A stretch of 64,000 nt of DNA from Elusimicrobia bacterium GWF2_62_30 (GCA_001799995.1 MGUK01000084.1:92320-156319); one strand, 5' to 3'. Shown: positions 12,001-19,350, counted from the stretch's first letter. A program made the numbers and translations. Notes: generated from the letters alone by a model not told the origin.

Positions 12001-13484
12001 AAGCCAACACCAACTCGAGCGGCGAGTACGAACTGCCCGGCATAATTCCCGGCCACCTCTACAAGGTGTCCGCGTTCTATCCCGGCAAGCTCACCACCAC
12101 GCTGGACGTTACGGCCGTGGACGGCTACACGTATATCGACGACATCGTGCTCTCCGATATAAGACCGCAGATAACCGTCAAGGCGAAGAAGTCGCCCGAC
12201 TCGGCGAGCAAGGTGGACGTGACCATCAAGTCGCCCAAGAAGCTGGTAACGGCCCCGGTGTGCAAGTTCAACCCGTCGGGAGCCGCGGCGGAATACCTGC
12301 CCGCCACGGCGGTGACCCTGGCGCTGGTGCCCGGCCCGAACAACACGTATAACGGCCAGTTCACCGTCTCGCGCAGCCAGCGGTATTATACCGTCTACGT
12401 GCTGGCCGGCGACACGGACAAGACCGAGAAAACCGTGCTGTACGACCAGAACAACGAGGCCAGGACCGACCAGTACATCCAGGACGAGTCCATAAGGGGC
12501 GGCGAAGTGCAGATGGACGTGGAGAGCGAGGAGTATTCCGGCATAGAGCTGGATCCCGGCTCCATCTCCTACTCCACCAACCCGGCGGGGACTTCGGCGT
12601 ACTCCGTCTCGGCGGCCGGGGGAGACCTCGTTGGAGGCTTCTTCAGCTCGCTGCCCAGCGTGCGCACCGTGAAGACGGCGAAGGGTAATCTGACCATCGA
12701 GGCCGCGGTACAGGACCTCATGGCGTCGGAGGTCTATGACATGGACCTCGACAACGCCAGCGTCAACAAGCCCATCACCCTCACGCTGAAGTACGACAAG
12801 GAGAAGGGCGCCGGGGCCAACCTGAAGATCTACAGGAGGAACCCCGAGACCGGCGAGTGGGAGGAAGTCCCCGGCAACTATACCGTGGACCCCATGCTCG
12901 GCGTGGTGTCCGTGGACGTGGAGTGTCTGGACCACGCCCAGGACTGTCAGGGGGCTTCGAATACGCCGCTGGGGCGCAAACGCTACGGCATGAGCGCCGT
13001 GGTCAACGGCCGGTATGTCATGCCGGCTTCCGGGACCGGCACCCAGAGCGGCCAGTTCGCCGTGTTCACCGCCAAGCCCGCCACCGGGATAGCCTACACC
13101 GGAGGGTTCGATGTCTATAATCTGCCGAACCCGTTCAGCCTGAAGAACAAGACCGTTACCAACATACAGGGTACCGGGGCCTTTACGGGGCTGAGCGGTT
13201 ATAACTCCGGCGCGCAGTCCTATACCGTGAAAGGAACGCTGCTGAAGTACCACCTGCCCCCGGGCAAGTCGGGCAACCTCAAGTTCGTCATCTATAACCT
13301 GGCGGGCGAGAAGGTGCGGACCATCGACGACAGCCACAGGGACGGCGGCTGGATCTACTACTCCGAGTGGGACGGCAAGAACGACAACGGCGCGGACTGC
13401 GCGTCGGGCGTCTACTTCATGCTGACCTACCTCGACGGCAAGCAGCTCGGCACCAAGGCGCACAAGATGGCGCTGATAAAATAA
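3..13484 (+). CDS. Giant secreted/surface protein, 5'-truncated (>4,480 aa): repeated beta-propeller (SBBP/NHL-like) modules, FN3/Ig-like and carboxypeptidase-regulatory-like beta-sandwiches, C-terminal FlgD-Ig/T9SS-like sorting domain
   Basis: Frame is open from nt 3, so the GTG at 39 is probably internal. Many 'D-x-x-G-N-V-Y-V-A-G...L-x-K-Y-D' blades; 'GSISGTI...ANATV...SDGSFRFENLPAGIYRLEV' repeats; C-terminus 'NLPNPF...IYNLAGEKVRTI...WDGKNDNG...ASGVYF...KMALIK'. Confidence 0.85.
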   Translation, partial: GLTSGLEADNLAVDNYTAGGPFVYIVGYASNLVSGKKDGYIIKYSSDGVKLSSAAITQPGYDFTAEAVKVSSEGFVYVAGGAAAADSVYSLVVKYTPSLVVVTSVTHGGYDLTMALGPTGEVVVGGFKYISFYGHDAWYITKYDSALNYVTNSNALSFASFDSTETVQGLALDSAGNIYAVGNKYDNSFGNYGIQVIKANPGMTTYSTIMPGDGLGIGVDILGNKNLGHASVLVDAADNLYVIHPSTNAATGLATAIRKYDTVPDLIGYQTFDSAYHDEPLTSGFDRYGNLLVSGWSFNDQRVYQGGFLLLYNPELVLITSGPMMAAGLDADMNRDYVYTLAGGGPEVHTFRFNLPSAGNIFSGGVYEAGGALVSNLFATGVAYYGSEVYSVGVNGTDSLLVRYNMVGNLVSSAVFTGAEFRAVKANANGVYLAGGGMVAKYDHSSGLVLSSAAVLPGDPTANDLVLDEAGNVYVAASETGAGGSDFKLVKFDSDLTYLTSVTQDFGGFERGFGVDVDTVAGRVYIAGTSLQGPSTFYMSGGYNTGDLGSPVFSAPYGGVYSDPEMNLGAKLAVNPVTHDVFLVGSLGTENDRKILTLKYNQNLTLSSAAAFPGGMYQLGMDVKVSSEGYVYVLGKDDTGGYDSTALLKYDENLVFLSSSAQYVPGVKFVGLSLALHPDLGDAYAAGVLDAGSGTNMFTARFEALPGVKYVPPLAFTGLFAEATGVTVNGGGMDMGTGAAVYGSYVYAVGHSAPAGSVIVKYDQTGNVASSATYSGAGFMNVVANGDGVYVAAQGDGTGFVTLKYTHSLVLSSAAVLPGDSSARDIALDASGNVYVIGSNMGEGGNDDYKIVKYDQYLAQQGAPGLFDAGGYDEGRGIAVDNGFIYVTGDSLMAGATYFVTAKLNSSYAVVASTVYAGAYVSAEFPMGEKLAINPVTHNVYLAANASPATMLILKYDQDLVPQAEETVFSTSSYAHAAGIKLDASGDIHVAGSYSNSLRDIPLLLKYDPQLVLLSSAAKAQPYNFEVVGLALDTTTGSGYLPGVYFSDGNGGNQSMWDMRTVKMDPLPGTGVYGVITGTVSYDGMQTGESLVAIFTSTDIINSNPYTFATINTAANPWDYTTPNLPAGTYYLLGIILTQGMEAGPQKYDPWDVLGSTDNMTAVVISEAGVQPGINLALVDGTDENPNPVFTGGYIKGAVSYSGAVQGVARVALSSAPLALGSSENIITNMLVGANSYEFGGLTMPGTYYITAWLDENENSQLDCGESNGAYRPTRGVDCAFESRPIFLAENTALAGADITVTDFVSVTGSIFKDMTMPDGNGVFMATQSAAGYVPFYMGAYIAGTSDIPYEFRLSTSAAPYDITLYIDENEDLNRGFFEAYGSTAGVLVAYGSPVTGADIILSTPIIPVPSLDWAGGMSYNETGVPDGYSGLFVYRVKYTSPNNLAPANGYPKVNIAYDGVPLSSSPFTMTALAPEDTDYSDGKMFTYTWALSAGSGSAGYSYQFAAYDSDNIPAVGPAAEATDGPLVSEPPAITYATTTHVLSGITAQVITNGMSGAQRLARDTAGNIYSAQEDSGILVLTRRTGSGVTQTTFVEFGGATLKDLAVDPFGNSYILAGTGESPLVAKFGTSGEELWISTFGYGADPVSLGVSTSGVVYAAANDTTDRSILLYKLKPDGSEVWETPVRYQYAQGASTDTVAHISVVPQSNVVAIYVAGAVSTGPMVTSGLLAKFIDNGGAVTLPAWVKLYSSASRDEYSEYRYAVAKAVAADKNGNVYVAGTDNRYDAGQGTDVWLLKYNSGGFQQWASAKTFNSDAYADDDVAALALDSIGDLYVSGGVVAWSSGGFNLWVAKYSSGGVRLLSRTYDYNGNSDYGYDVIAGSAAVYTAAEFDGASGLYELPLSIGAQSEYFTAAEGPNTGSVSLAWNYPVPLPEGSTFYVQYSSAAVPNWATVPLVTVSTGVAQWESQEYLVGGLMTGRDASQNIFPQYKFRVSLRSSAGIYTVLVSTPSSYARTPFAYDSTLPYGTAKFSYMHGTTAGENTGNAIAVSGSYVYQAFGNDSGDSVGLGFRKHNTNTSAVEWTKFFNTAAGAYFSVNALLRDSAGSFYAVGSRASIEDPANTDFWIGKFNADGDLIGSYSQDVDGGSDELFGAVLDGAGGLYTAGKFTDVTGENGGEISVRKYNVAASSPYLLWASTQSGSGAGQFVSMPARTGKSPAKFGQSGSGDDAAYGIALDVNNSRLYVTGAITVEAGNTDLWAARYTLDNHMVSSFTYNTGSGNAAGYGVAVAPSGVFVAGSRSNGSGTPVMYVAQYSLDFSTTVWDMAEGPDSESALHSVVVDANGYGYGAGFESSWEQEGLNAIFGKLAPNGNIVWNRYFNDDARNVDEAAYSIVLDTANRVFSSIRTGSYGSFSPGFYMFPQPSFNMTAAEYHVPGAVSLTWLSQATLPAGTTFYVQYATNNVTVVWSAAAAQESFITDKPLWESGQMEYKVYGLDNGKNALGAAIGPDYYFRVWYSTGAGSYTAVPGIPAAKAANAYMPESTLVYSGDNRLYTAGVRYMMDNGLTLNGAVRGPLGNIYSVVNAMQGESSLFALRKLSPGGLPLWTKYFTTSEYDRIKANRMAVDAAGNLYVTGRRARWDETTQTDESRMFLIRYNADGVMAWKYSGPLYTEGYSVAADASGHVYVAGSSGTYMTGGNDAWMAKFSVTSSSATLLWENLNDGAANEYDSAYGVAVAGSMAYFAGYSTEQTGDGGVWLGKYDGSGVLVSSRSISNAPGEEAAYGVAVSPVTGSIYVAGQAINNDYGTYDGVVYISSADLSDFGVTVSTYHSASTQWGRAAAYGLTLDAAGAVYVTGTDDRSDIGWGRDLWLRKYTSQLGADSELWTQTFNSNGQDDAGYSVALDSSGYVYAAGAFGMGDGVYRYKQASNLAYNPTLTARIMRGAPGTTDTTPFAGVSVAFIPYSQTGGIDAYGVRMGSTNASGYFTREMAPGRQYFIAVATQGYTPTVKDQQIDPNGTYFVQFAGDYEKTFTLYPAADPGNALSVTVTSATAGDLVTAEVFFTETGEKMAYAMAQVPASTTTVTFTVPSVATAAANVYTLGVTIPSRSVQRSRKLDSAFPSSRNAYDVCMSTTDGAIISSAGFDVTASTVPASFSGVVRNSATNAPVENVRVSLYHQDCVPEVKNNAYDEYQMLTDVNGKFSFYGVTPSTVPYLATLRKAGYGATGMGWCQYFVSSSVVNGGVTVSQGGGFNYQDFSLAEATFTFKGIVTYDNVPIPNANVMVHGDYTWYTGGSDSYRQGQGMGTDAKIRTGADGSFTFSSATANGLLEGGLRLNVDFLGSWRQFNEGRTNSNTVDSDDIRIVISGQRSTTTVSGCANGKVWMLSATDGSCRAAVYPGTPLVLNIEPPAGESRIGRIYGDLVFVTTYTVTEQSPLLISTAAPVTVMAMANCEGSCSNTQMGFVTLSGAYTVNTATYSISLATGTNYDVKLVSTEWGLTSSFDMDVDLQSTDTARVNFTVGRAGKLTGNILLPSGASYRPNLVSEDDPAFHSMYITIKGQQMDVFEKTMPDENGEFEFPNIAPGSYDLALVPRGDGFSWPPLTMEGITVASGRTTQVKPQLGEGLVVQPQIVGLPEQSTPTWRYLMIPVESGTEMNQKKVSELFFAEDSFAFGYATATATWDKKYMQPGQYDFYLVLRAQYNPGSEGSFSQFGNFIGKIKGVTIQRSEANPGLGSYAQPISVSILGAIGQGVFNGTLTGAKVFTENDCQRFFGNFNEMFSVIPAVMVYDGAGDLKGYTAAMPTEADLPGFLSVMQAQDLEGCKNYFVAHPAAFVMPGLPPGNYTAVFNNPNYPPVAKELSLPYENYAFDFDAQNLLSGSISGTIKSSSTLEAVANATVFLKHRTVEKYVNSASDGSFRFENLPAGIYRLEVLHSGFVKAGAKTSLSASDAASLSFYLIPSEAIMSGKVYMSKFPSPVTKAGVKIVAYDETLNVEAPSAYLPKIEANTNSSGEYELPGIIPGHLYKVSAFYPGKLTTTLDVTAVDGYTYIDDIVLSDIRPQITVKAKKSPDSASKVDVTIKSPKKLVTAPVCKFNPSGAAAEYLPATAVTLALVPGPNNTYNGQFTVSRSQRYYTVYVLAGDTDKTEKTVLYDQNNEARTDQYIQDESIRGGEVQMDVESEEYSGIELDPGSISYSTNPAGTSAYSVSAAGGDLVGGFFSSLPSVRTVKTAKGNLTIEAAVQDLMASEVYDMDLDNASVNKPITLTLKYDKEKGAGANLKIYRRNPETGEWEEVPGNYTVDPMLGVVSVDVECLDHAQDCQGASNTPLGRKRYGMSAVVNGRYVMPASGTGTQSGQFAVFTAKPATGIAYTGGFDVYNLPNPFSLKNKTVTNIQGTGAFTGLSGYNSGAQSYTVKGTLLKYHLPPGKSGNLKFVIYNLAGEKVRTIDDSHRDGGWIYYSEWDGKNDNGADCASGVYFMLTYLDGKQLGTKAHKMALIK

Positions 13485-13494
13485 AGCGGCGATA

Positions 13495-13519
13495 CGGCGG
13501 CCGGGAGTTCCGGCCGCCG
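13495..13519 (+). other. GC hairpin without a clear U-tract between the giant gene and the PorV-like gene
   Basis: cggcggccgg-gagtt-ccggccgccg, perfect 10-bp stem. Confidence 0.5.
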
Positions 13520-13565
13520 CGGATTTGTTCTCCGGTTCTTGATCAGGGCGTGATAGAGGTAACTT

Positions 13566-14495
13566 ATGAAAAAGCTATTCATCCTTTGCGTTGGTCTGCT
13601 CCTGCCGTCCGGTGCGTACGCCTCCGGCGCGGGCACTACGGCCGCTAACTTCCTGAAGGTGGCCATGAGCCCCCGCGCCATGAGCATGGGGGGGGCATAC
13701 AGCGCCATCTCCGACGATTCCGGCGCGGTGTTCGTCAACCCGGCCGGGCTCGCCCAAAGCGAAACGAAAGAGGTGGCCCTGGACTTCTCTACCTACCTGC
13801 AGGACGCCAAAATGGGGAATCTTTCCTATTCCGGCGTGACCGGCGGGAACCGCTTCGGCCTGGGCGCCACGTTCCTGACGGTGGGCGGGATAGAAAGGCG
13901 GGGCAACAGCGATGCGGTGGGCGTAGTGCCAGAGCTCGGCACCTTCGACGCCAACGACCTGGCCGTCACGTTCTCCTACGCGAAAAAGAATTTTACGCCG
14001 GAGCTGATGCCGCGTCTCGACGCGGGGATTTCCGTGAAGTTCATCCATTCCACCCTGTACAGCAAGTCCGCTTTCGCGGCGGCGGTAGACGCCGGAGCGC
14101 TGTACCGCGCCACGGATAAGATCAGCCTGGCGCTGGTGCTGCAGAACCTCGGCACGGAGATGAAATTCGACGAGGAATCCGATCCGCTCCCGCTCTGCCT
14201 CCGCACCGGCATGCTTTACAAGGCTTCGGACGATCTCAATATCTCCGCTGAAGTGAGCGAATACCTGCAGGACGAAAAATTCTATCCCGCCGTCGGCGCG
14301 GAATACTGGTTCCGCAGGTCTTTCGCGCTGCGCGCCGGGTACAAGTACGGTTATGACACCGAAAACCTCGGGTCGGTGGTGGGGTTGAGCGTCGGGTTCG
14401 GCCTGAAAGCTTCCGGGATGGGCGTGGATTACGCCTTCCTGCCTTTCGGCGACCTGGGCAGCATACACCGCTTCGGCCTGTGGATGGGCTTTTAA
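13566..14495 (+). CDS. PorV/PorQ-family (FadL-like) outer-membrane beta-barrel
   Basis: Signal peptide; 'FLKVAMSPRAMSMGGAYSAISDD...VNPAGLA' N-terminal motif; 'DYAFLPFGDLGSIHRF' and terminal Phe. Confidence 0.85.
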   Translation: MKKLFILCVGLLLPSGAYASGAGTTAANFLKVAMSPRAMSMGGAYSAISDDSGAVFVNPAGLAQSETKEVALDFSTYLQDAKMGNLSYSGVTGGNRFGLGATFLTVGGIERRGNSDAVGVVPELGTFDANDLAVTFSYAKKNFTPELMPRLDAGISVKFIHSTLYSKSAFAAAVDAGALYRATDKISLALVLQNLGTEMKFDEESDPLPLCLRTGMLYKASDDLNISAEVSEYLQDEKFYPAVGAEYWFRRSFALRAGYKYGYDTENLGSVVGLSVGFGLKASGMGVDYAFLPFGDLGSIHRFGLWMGF

Positions 14496-14515
14496 CACAC
14501 AACTTAGCGGACCGC

Positions 14516-14553
14516 AATAAATAAGGCCCCGGGGATCCGGGGCCTTATTTATT
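14516..14553. terminator. Bidirectional intrinsic terminator
   Basis: aataaataaggccccgg-ggat-ccggggccttatttatt between convergent genes. Confidence 0.85.
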
Positions 14554-14572
14554 TCAGGGACCGTTCCCGCGG

Positions 14573-15223
14573 TTACTTCATGAAATCCTGCTCCTGCCAG
14601 TCGCCGGGCGCGCCGTCTATAGAGGCCAGGCGCTGGTCCGAACCCGAACCGCCCGCGCTGTTCTTGAAGGAATCTTTCAGCTCGGACAGCGAGACGTCGG
14701 CCCGCTTGATGCGCATGAGCAGGTAATAGGTCACGGCGCCCATCACGGCGGAAACCGGCAGGGCGTAAAGGCCCGACGCGGACTTCAGGGTGAAGAGCAG
14801 GATGGCGCAGAGGAAGATCCAGAAAGAAAGCACGAGGCTGATCCCCGAGACGAAGTAGGAGATTATAAGGCTGTATTCGTCGTTCTTCGGGAGCGAGGCG
14901 AGGATGGCGGCTATCGCGATATTGAGAAGCGTGATGTACAGGGTGCGCTCCAGCCAGCTCTTCCACCGGTTCTTCGAAGTTATTACCACGCCTTCCCTGG
15001 GGTCGTTGCGCACCACCACCTCTTCGTCCATCACGGTTTCCACGGTGGGCTTCAGGGGCTGCAGCCTGGTCTCCTCGCCGTTGGCGGGCGTATAATCGAA
15101 AGCGCGCTCCTGTTCCGGCGTCTGCGCGCGCAGGGTCGCGCTGCAGGCCAATACGGCCAGCGGCGCCAGCAGGAGGAAAAGCGCGGTCCTTGCGCGCCGC
15201 CCGGTCGGTGATATGGTCCGCAT
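14573..15223 (-). CDS. Hypothetical membrane protein (signal peptide plus about 3 TM helices)
   Basis: Hydrophobic N-terminus and three hydrophobic stretches; host-like codon usage; closely follows upstream ORF. Confidence 0.65.
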   Translation of the reverse strand: MRTISPTGRRARTALFLLLAPLAVLACSATLRAQTPEQERAFDYTPANGEETRLQPLKPTVETVMDEEVVVRNDPREGVVITSKNRWKSWLERTLYITLLNIAIAAILASLPKNDEYSLIISYFVSGISLVLSFWIFLCAILLFTLKSASGLYALPVSAVMGAVTYYLLMRIKRADVSLSELKDSFKNSAGGSGSDQRLASIDGAPGDWQEQDFMK

Positions 15224-15226
15224 GCG

Positions 15227-15544
15227 TCAGTTCCCCTCGTTCTCGTCGAGACCGGGGACAGCGGGGCCGTCCTCGTTGTCGATCTTGTAATACTGCCTGC
15301 TTCCGGACTTCATCTTGGTGGGCATGAACTGCACTTCCTTAAGCGCGTTCTGCTGTACTTCCTGGGGCTTCCTGGCGTTGATCTTCATCTTCTTGCGGAT
15401 AGCCACCCGGTCCTGGAAGTGCCAGTAGGTCGACACCTGGCCGGCTATCATGGCCGTCAGGGTAAGGCCGCCGAGCAGGAAAGCTTCCCGGTCTTTGCGT
15501 ATCCAGTACTTGCGCAGTTTCGTTATCGCTGCAGGTATTTTCAT
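15227..15544 (-). CDS. Hypothetical small basic single-TM protein
   Basis: ATGA overlap with valS stop; one hydrophobic segment 'AFLLGGLTLTAMIAG'. Confidence 0.6.
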   Translation of the reverse strand: MKIPAAITKLRKYWIRKDREAFLLGGLTLTAMIAGQVSTYWHFQDRVAIRKKMKINARKPQEVQQNALKEVQFMPTKMKSGSRQYYKIDNEDGPAVPGLDENEGN

Positions 15545-18234
15545 TTTAGTTCTTCCAGTATGGCCGTCAGCCTCTCCATCTTCCCCTGCGTGTCGGAGGC
15601 CCGGGCCTTTATCTTTTCGACTTCCGCCGCCGGGGCATGCCCCATGAACGACGGGTCGCGCAGGCGCTCAAGGCACTGCGCGCTGTCCCTCTGGACGCGC
15701 TCCAGCTCTTTCGCCAGCCTCGCTTTTTCCTTTTCCAGGTCCACGGCCCCGTCCATGGGGACGTAAATATTGAACTGCCCCGAGATCGCGCTTACGGAGC
15801 GGGGGGGCTTCTGTATGTCCGCGCCGAGGGCGAGGTCTTCCACTTTAGCCAGCAGCTTCACATAGCCGGCGCCCGTCCTGAGGCGCTCCAGCGCGGCGGG
15901 GTCGCTTGAAGCGGCCAGCACCTTTATCTGTTTGCCGGGCGGGATCTCGAACTGCGCCCTGGCGGCGCGTATCTGGGTGATCACGGCCATGAGCTCCTCC
16001 ATCTGCGCGGAGGCCCCGGTCCCGGCGGCGCCGGGTTCGGGCCAGGCCGCTTTGAGCAGGAACGCTTCCCCGGTTTTTAGGTAAGGTTTCAGGGTGGAAT
16101 AAAGTTCTTCCGTGATATACGGGATGAACGGGTGCAGCGCTTTCAGCGCGCCGGTGAAAAGGTCCAGCATCAGGCCGAGCACCTTCTCTTTGTCCGGGCC
16201 CGCCAGGCGCGGCTTCGCCAGCTCCAGGTACCAGTCGCACAGCTCGTCCCAGACGAACGCGTAAAGCGCGTCCTGCGCTTTCGGCAGGTCGTATTCGGCC
16301 ATGGCCGCCTTGGAGCGCGCGAGCGCCCCGGCGAAGCGTTCCGTTATCCAGCGGTCGGCGAGCTCGCCGGGCCGCTCCGCCGTGAGCGGGGCGGGCGTCT
16401 CCGGCAGGTACATCTGCAGGAACCGGGCCACGTTGTAGAGCTTGTTCACGAAGTTGCGGCCGCCTATGATGGCGTCGTCGGAGAAGGGGATGTCCTTGCC
16501 GCCCAGGGTCTGCGCCATCAGCGAGAAGCGCATGGCGTCGGTGCCGTACTTCTCTATCATGGTAAGCGGGTCTATCACGTTGCCCAGCGACTTGGACATC
16601 TTCTTACCGTGCTTGTCCCGCACGATGCCGTGCAGGTACACCTGGGAGAACGGGGGCTTGCCCATGTGCTCTATGCCGCTCATCACCATGCGGGCTACCC
16701 ACAGGTAAAGTATCTCGTAGCCGGTGACCAGCACGGAGGTGGGGTAATAGTAAGCCAGCTCTTTGGTCTTTTCGGGCCAGCCGAAAACCGAGAAAGGCCA
16801 CAGCGCCGAAGAGAACCAGGTGTCCAGCACGTCGGGGTCCTGCAGCAGGTCCGTGCCGCCGCAGTCCGGGCAGGCGGCGGGTTTGGCGAAGGAGATCACC
16901 GGCTTGGCGCCCTGCGCGAAAGAAACGCGGGAGAGCTCCCCTTTGTCGGAGAACTTAAGCCCGGCGCCGGAACAGCTGCGGCAGTACCAGGCCGGGATGC
17001 GGTGGCCCCACCAGATCTGGCGGGAAATGCACCAGTCCTGGATGTTGCCCAGCCACTCCGTGAAGGGCTTCTTCCACGACGGAGGATAGAATTTCACGTC
17101 GCCGTTCTCGGCGGCGGCGGCGGCCGGCGCGGCCAGGCCTTTCATCTTCACGAACCACTGCTCCGACACCAGCGGCTCGATATGCTGGTTGCAGCGGGAG
17201 CATTTGCTCACCGAGTGTTTGTAATGTTCCTCTTTCTCCAGCAGGCCCGCGGCGTTGAGGTCTTCCACTATCAGCTTGCGCGCGGCCTGCACGTTCAGCC
17301 CGGCGTACTTCTCCGGGCAGTTGGTCATTTTCCCTTCGTAGGAAATTATGCGTATGTTCTCCAGGCCATGGCGCTGGCCTATCTCGAAGTCGAGCGGGTC
17401 GTGCGCCGGGGTTACCTTTACGGCGCCGGTCCCGAAGCCTTTTTCCACGCCCTCGTCGGCCAGCAGCGGTATCAGGCGGTCGGTCAGCGGCAGCTTGAGC
17501 TTCTTGCCGGTCTTGCCTTTGTACCTTTCGTCTTCCGGGTGCACGGCCACGGCCGTGTCGCCCAGCATGGTTTCGGGGCGCGTCGTGGCCACGGTGACCG
17601 AGCCGGAGCCGTCTTCGAAAGCGTAGCGGATGTGCCAGAGCTTGGATTTCTCGTCCTCGTGCTCCACCTCTATGTCGGAAAGGGCGGTGCCGCAGCGCGT
17701 GCACCAGTTGATCATGCGCTCGCCGCGGTAGATCAGCTTTTTATCCCAGAGCGAACGGAACTCCTCGAAGACCGAGGCCGCGCGCTTGTCGTCCATCGTG
17801 AACCGCACGTTGTCGGCGTTGAGGTCCAGCGAACAGCCGAGCTTGCGCAGCTGGCCGAGTATGGTGTTGCCGCATTCCGCGTACCAGGCCCAGGTGCGCT
17901 TTAAAAATTCTTCGCGCCCCAGGTCATGGCGGGTCTTGCCCTCGGCCTTGAGCATCTTCTCCATCACGTTCTGGGTGGCGATGCCGCCGTGGTCGGTGCC
18001 CGGCACCCAGTAGGCCTCGCGGCCCAGCATGCGCTGGTAGCGCACCAACACGTCCTGCAGGGTGTTGTTCAGGGCGTGGCCCATGTGCAGCGCGCCGGTG
18101 ATATTGGGCGGGGGGATGACCACCACGAAAGGTTTGCGGTCCGGGTTCGGAGCGGAGATGAAAAGCCTTTCAGCCTGCCAGGCTTCGGCCCACTTGGCCT
18201 CCACCGGCTTGGGATCGTATACCTTGCTGAGCAT
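15541..18234 (-). CDS. valS: Valine--tRNA ligase
   Basis: PPPNITGALHMGH, DWCISRQIWWGHRIP, DVLDTWFSS, KMSKS, C-terminal coiled coil. Confidence 0.98.
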   Translation of the reverse strand: MLSKVYDPKPVEAKWAEAWQAERLFISAPNPDRKPFVVVIPPPNITGALHMGHALNNTLQDVLVRYQRMLGREAYWVPGTDHGGIATQNVMEKMLKAEGKTRHDLGREEFLKRTWAWYAECGNTILGQLRKLGCSLDLNADNVRFTMDDKRAASVFEEFRSLWDKKLIYRGERMINWCTRCGTALSDIEVEHEDEKSKLWHIRYAFEDGSGSVTVATTRPETMLGDTAVAVHPEDERYKGKTGKKLKLPLTDRLIPLLADEGVEKGFGTGAVKVTPAHDPLDFEIGQRHGLENIRIISYEGKMTNCPEKYAGLNVQAARKLIVEDLNAAGLLEKEEHYKHSVSKCSRCNQHIEPLVSEQWFVKMKGLAAPAAAAAENGDVKFYPPSWKKPFTEWLGNIQDWCISRQIWWGHRIPAWYCRSCSGAGLKFSDKGELSRVSFAQGAKPVISFAKPAACPDCGGTDLLQDPDVLDTWFSSALWPFSVFGWPEKTKELAYYYPTSVLVTGYEILYLWVARMVMSGIEHMGKPPFSQVYLHGIVRDKHGKKMSKSLGNVIDPLTMIEKYGTDAMRFSLMAQTLGGKDIPFSDDAIIGGRNFVNKLYNVARFLQMYLPETPAPLTAERPGELADRWITERFAGALARSKAAMAEYDLPKAQDALYAFVWDELCDWYLELAKPRLAGPDKEKVLGLMLDLFTGALKALHPFIPYITEELYSTLKPYLKTGEAFLLKAAWPEPGAAGTGASAQMEELMAVITQIRAARAQFEIPPGKQIKVLAASSDPAALERLRTGAGYVKLLAKVEDLALGADIQKPPRSVSAISGQFNIYVPMDGAVDLEKEKARLAKELERVQRDSAQCLERLRDPSFMGHAPAAEVEKIKARASDTQGKMERLTAILEELK

Positions 18235-18252
18235 GATTACCTCGATGTGGTC

Positions 18253-19344
18253 TTAAACGAATTCTCGGAAAACGGCGTTGGAAACGTAGAGGCGGTCCTC
18301 TTTGATCCTGAGCGTCCGGCCGTTCATTTCCACCAGGCCGGCGGCCAGCAGGCGCCGCGTCTCTTCCTTGAATTCTATAATTATATCGTCCTGCAGTTCA
18401 ATTCCGGCGGTCTTGCGCAGGCCTAGCATCAGCTTTTCCGCCCTTATCGCGCGCCCGGACAGCGTTTCCCTGTACTGCAGGGGTATCTCGGCTCCGGAGA
18501 TGGCGGCGCGCGCGTAAGCGGCCGTATCCGCGGTGTTGGCGCGGCGCTCGCCTCCCAGGTAGGAAGCCGCCGCGGCGCCGAGCCCGAGGTATTCTCCCTG
18601 GTCCCAGTAATTAAGGTTATGCGCCGACGCGCGCCCCGGCCGCGCGAAATTGGAGATCTCGTAGCGGGGCAGGCCGGCGCGCTTCAGCAGGCCCGCCGCC
18701 GCCTCGTACATGGCCGCGGCCTCTTCCGGTGCCTCTTTCACCCCGGCCGCGCCGAACGGGGTGTTCTCATGCACTTCCAGCGCGTAAAGCGATACATGCT
18801 CCGGCTTCAAATCCAGCAGCCGCTCGAGGGACAGCGTAAAGTCGGCCAGGCTCTGGCCCGGCAGCCCGCACATCAGGTCCGCGCTGATATTGGCGAAGCC
18901 GGCAGCGCGCAGGGCGCGGTAGGCTTTAAGAAAATCCGAGTTCATCGCTATCCGGCCAAGTTTTTTCAGCAGGGCGTCCTGCCACGCCTGCAGGCCCAGG
19001 CTTATCCTGTTCAGCCCGGCGCTTTTGAGCAGCGCGGCCTTGTGCGCGTCCAGGCTTTCCGGGTTGGCCTCGAACGTGCTTTCGGCCAGGCCCGCCACTG
19101 GGCCTGTCAGGGGGGCCAGCGCCGCAAAAAGCTTTTCAAGCTGCGCCGCGGAGAGGAGGCTGGGGGTGCCGCCGCCGATATAAAGTGTGCCGAAACTCCC
19201 GGCCAGCCCGGAGTAGGCCGAGGCCTCGCGGGCCAGCGCGGCCAGGTAATCGTCTATGCGGTCCTCCTGCCCCGCGGCGGAGGCAAAGTCGCAGTAGCCG
19301 CATTTTGACCGGCAGAAGGGGATATGTACGTAGAGGCCGCGCAT
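18253..19344 (-). CDS. hemW: Radical SAM heme chaperone HemW (HemN-like)
   Basis: YVHIPFCRSKCGYCDF, YIGGGTPS, YEISNFA, HNLNYW. Confidence 0.92.
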   Translation of the reverse strand: MRGLYVHIPFCRSKCGYCDFASAAGQEDRIDDYLAALAREASAYSGLAGSFGTLYIGGGTPSLLSAAQLEKLFAALAPLTGPVAGLAESTFEANPESLDAHKAALLKSAGLNRISLGLQAWQDALLKKLGRIAMNSDFLKAYRALRAAGFANISADLMCGLPGQSLADFTLSLERLLDLKPEHVSLYALEVHENTPFGAAGVKEAPEEAAAMYEAAAGLLKRAGLPRYEISNFARPGRASAHNLNYWDQGEYLGLGAAAASYLGGERRANTADTAAYARAAISGAEIPLQYRETLSGRAIRAEKLMLGLRKTAGIELQDDIIIEFKEETRRLLAAGLVEMNGRTLRIKEDRLYVSNAVFREFV

Positions 19345-19350
19345 GTAGAG

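Noticed and set aside
8709-13463. 1,584-aa antisense ORF and other long antisense or overlapping ORFs (e.g. 621-2423, 16132-17904, 46882-48573)
   Set aside because: Shadow frames caused by high GC3 on the coding strand; no recognisable motifs, and they fully overlap well-supported genes.
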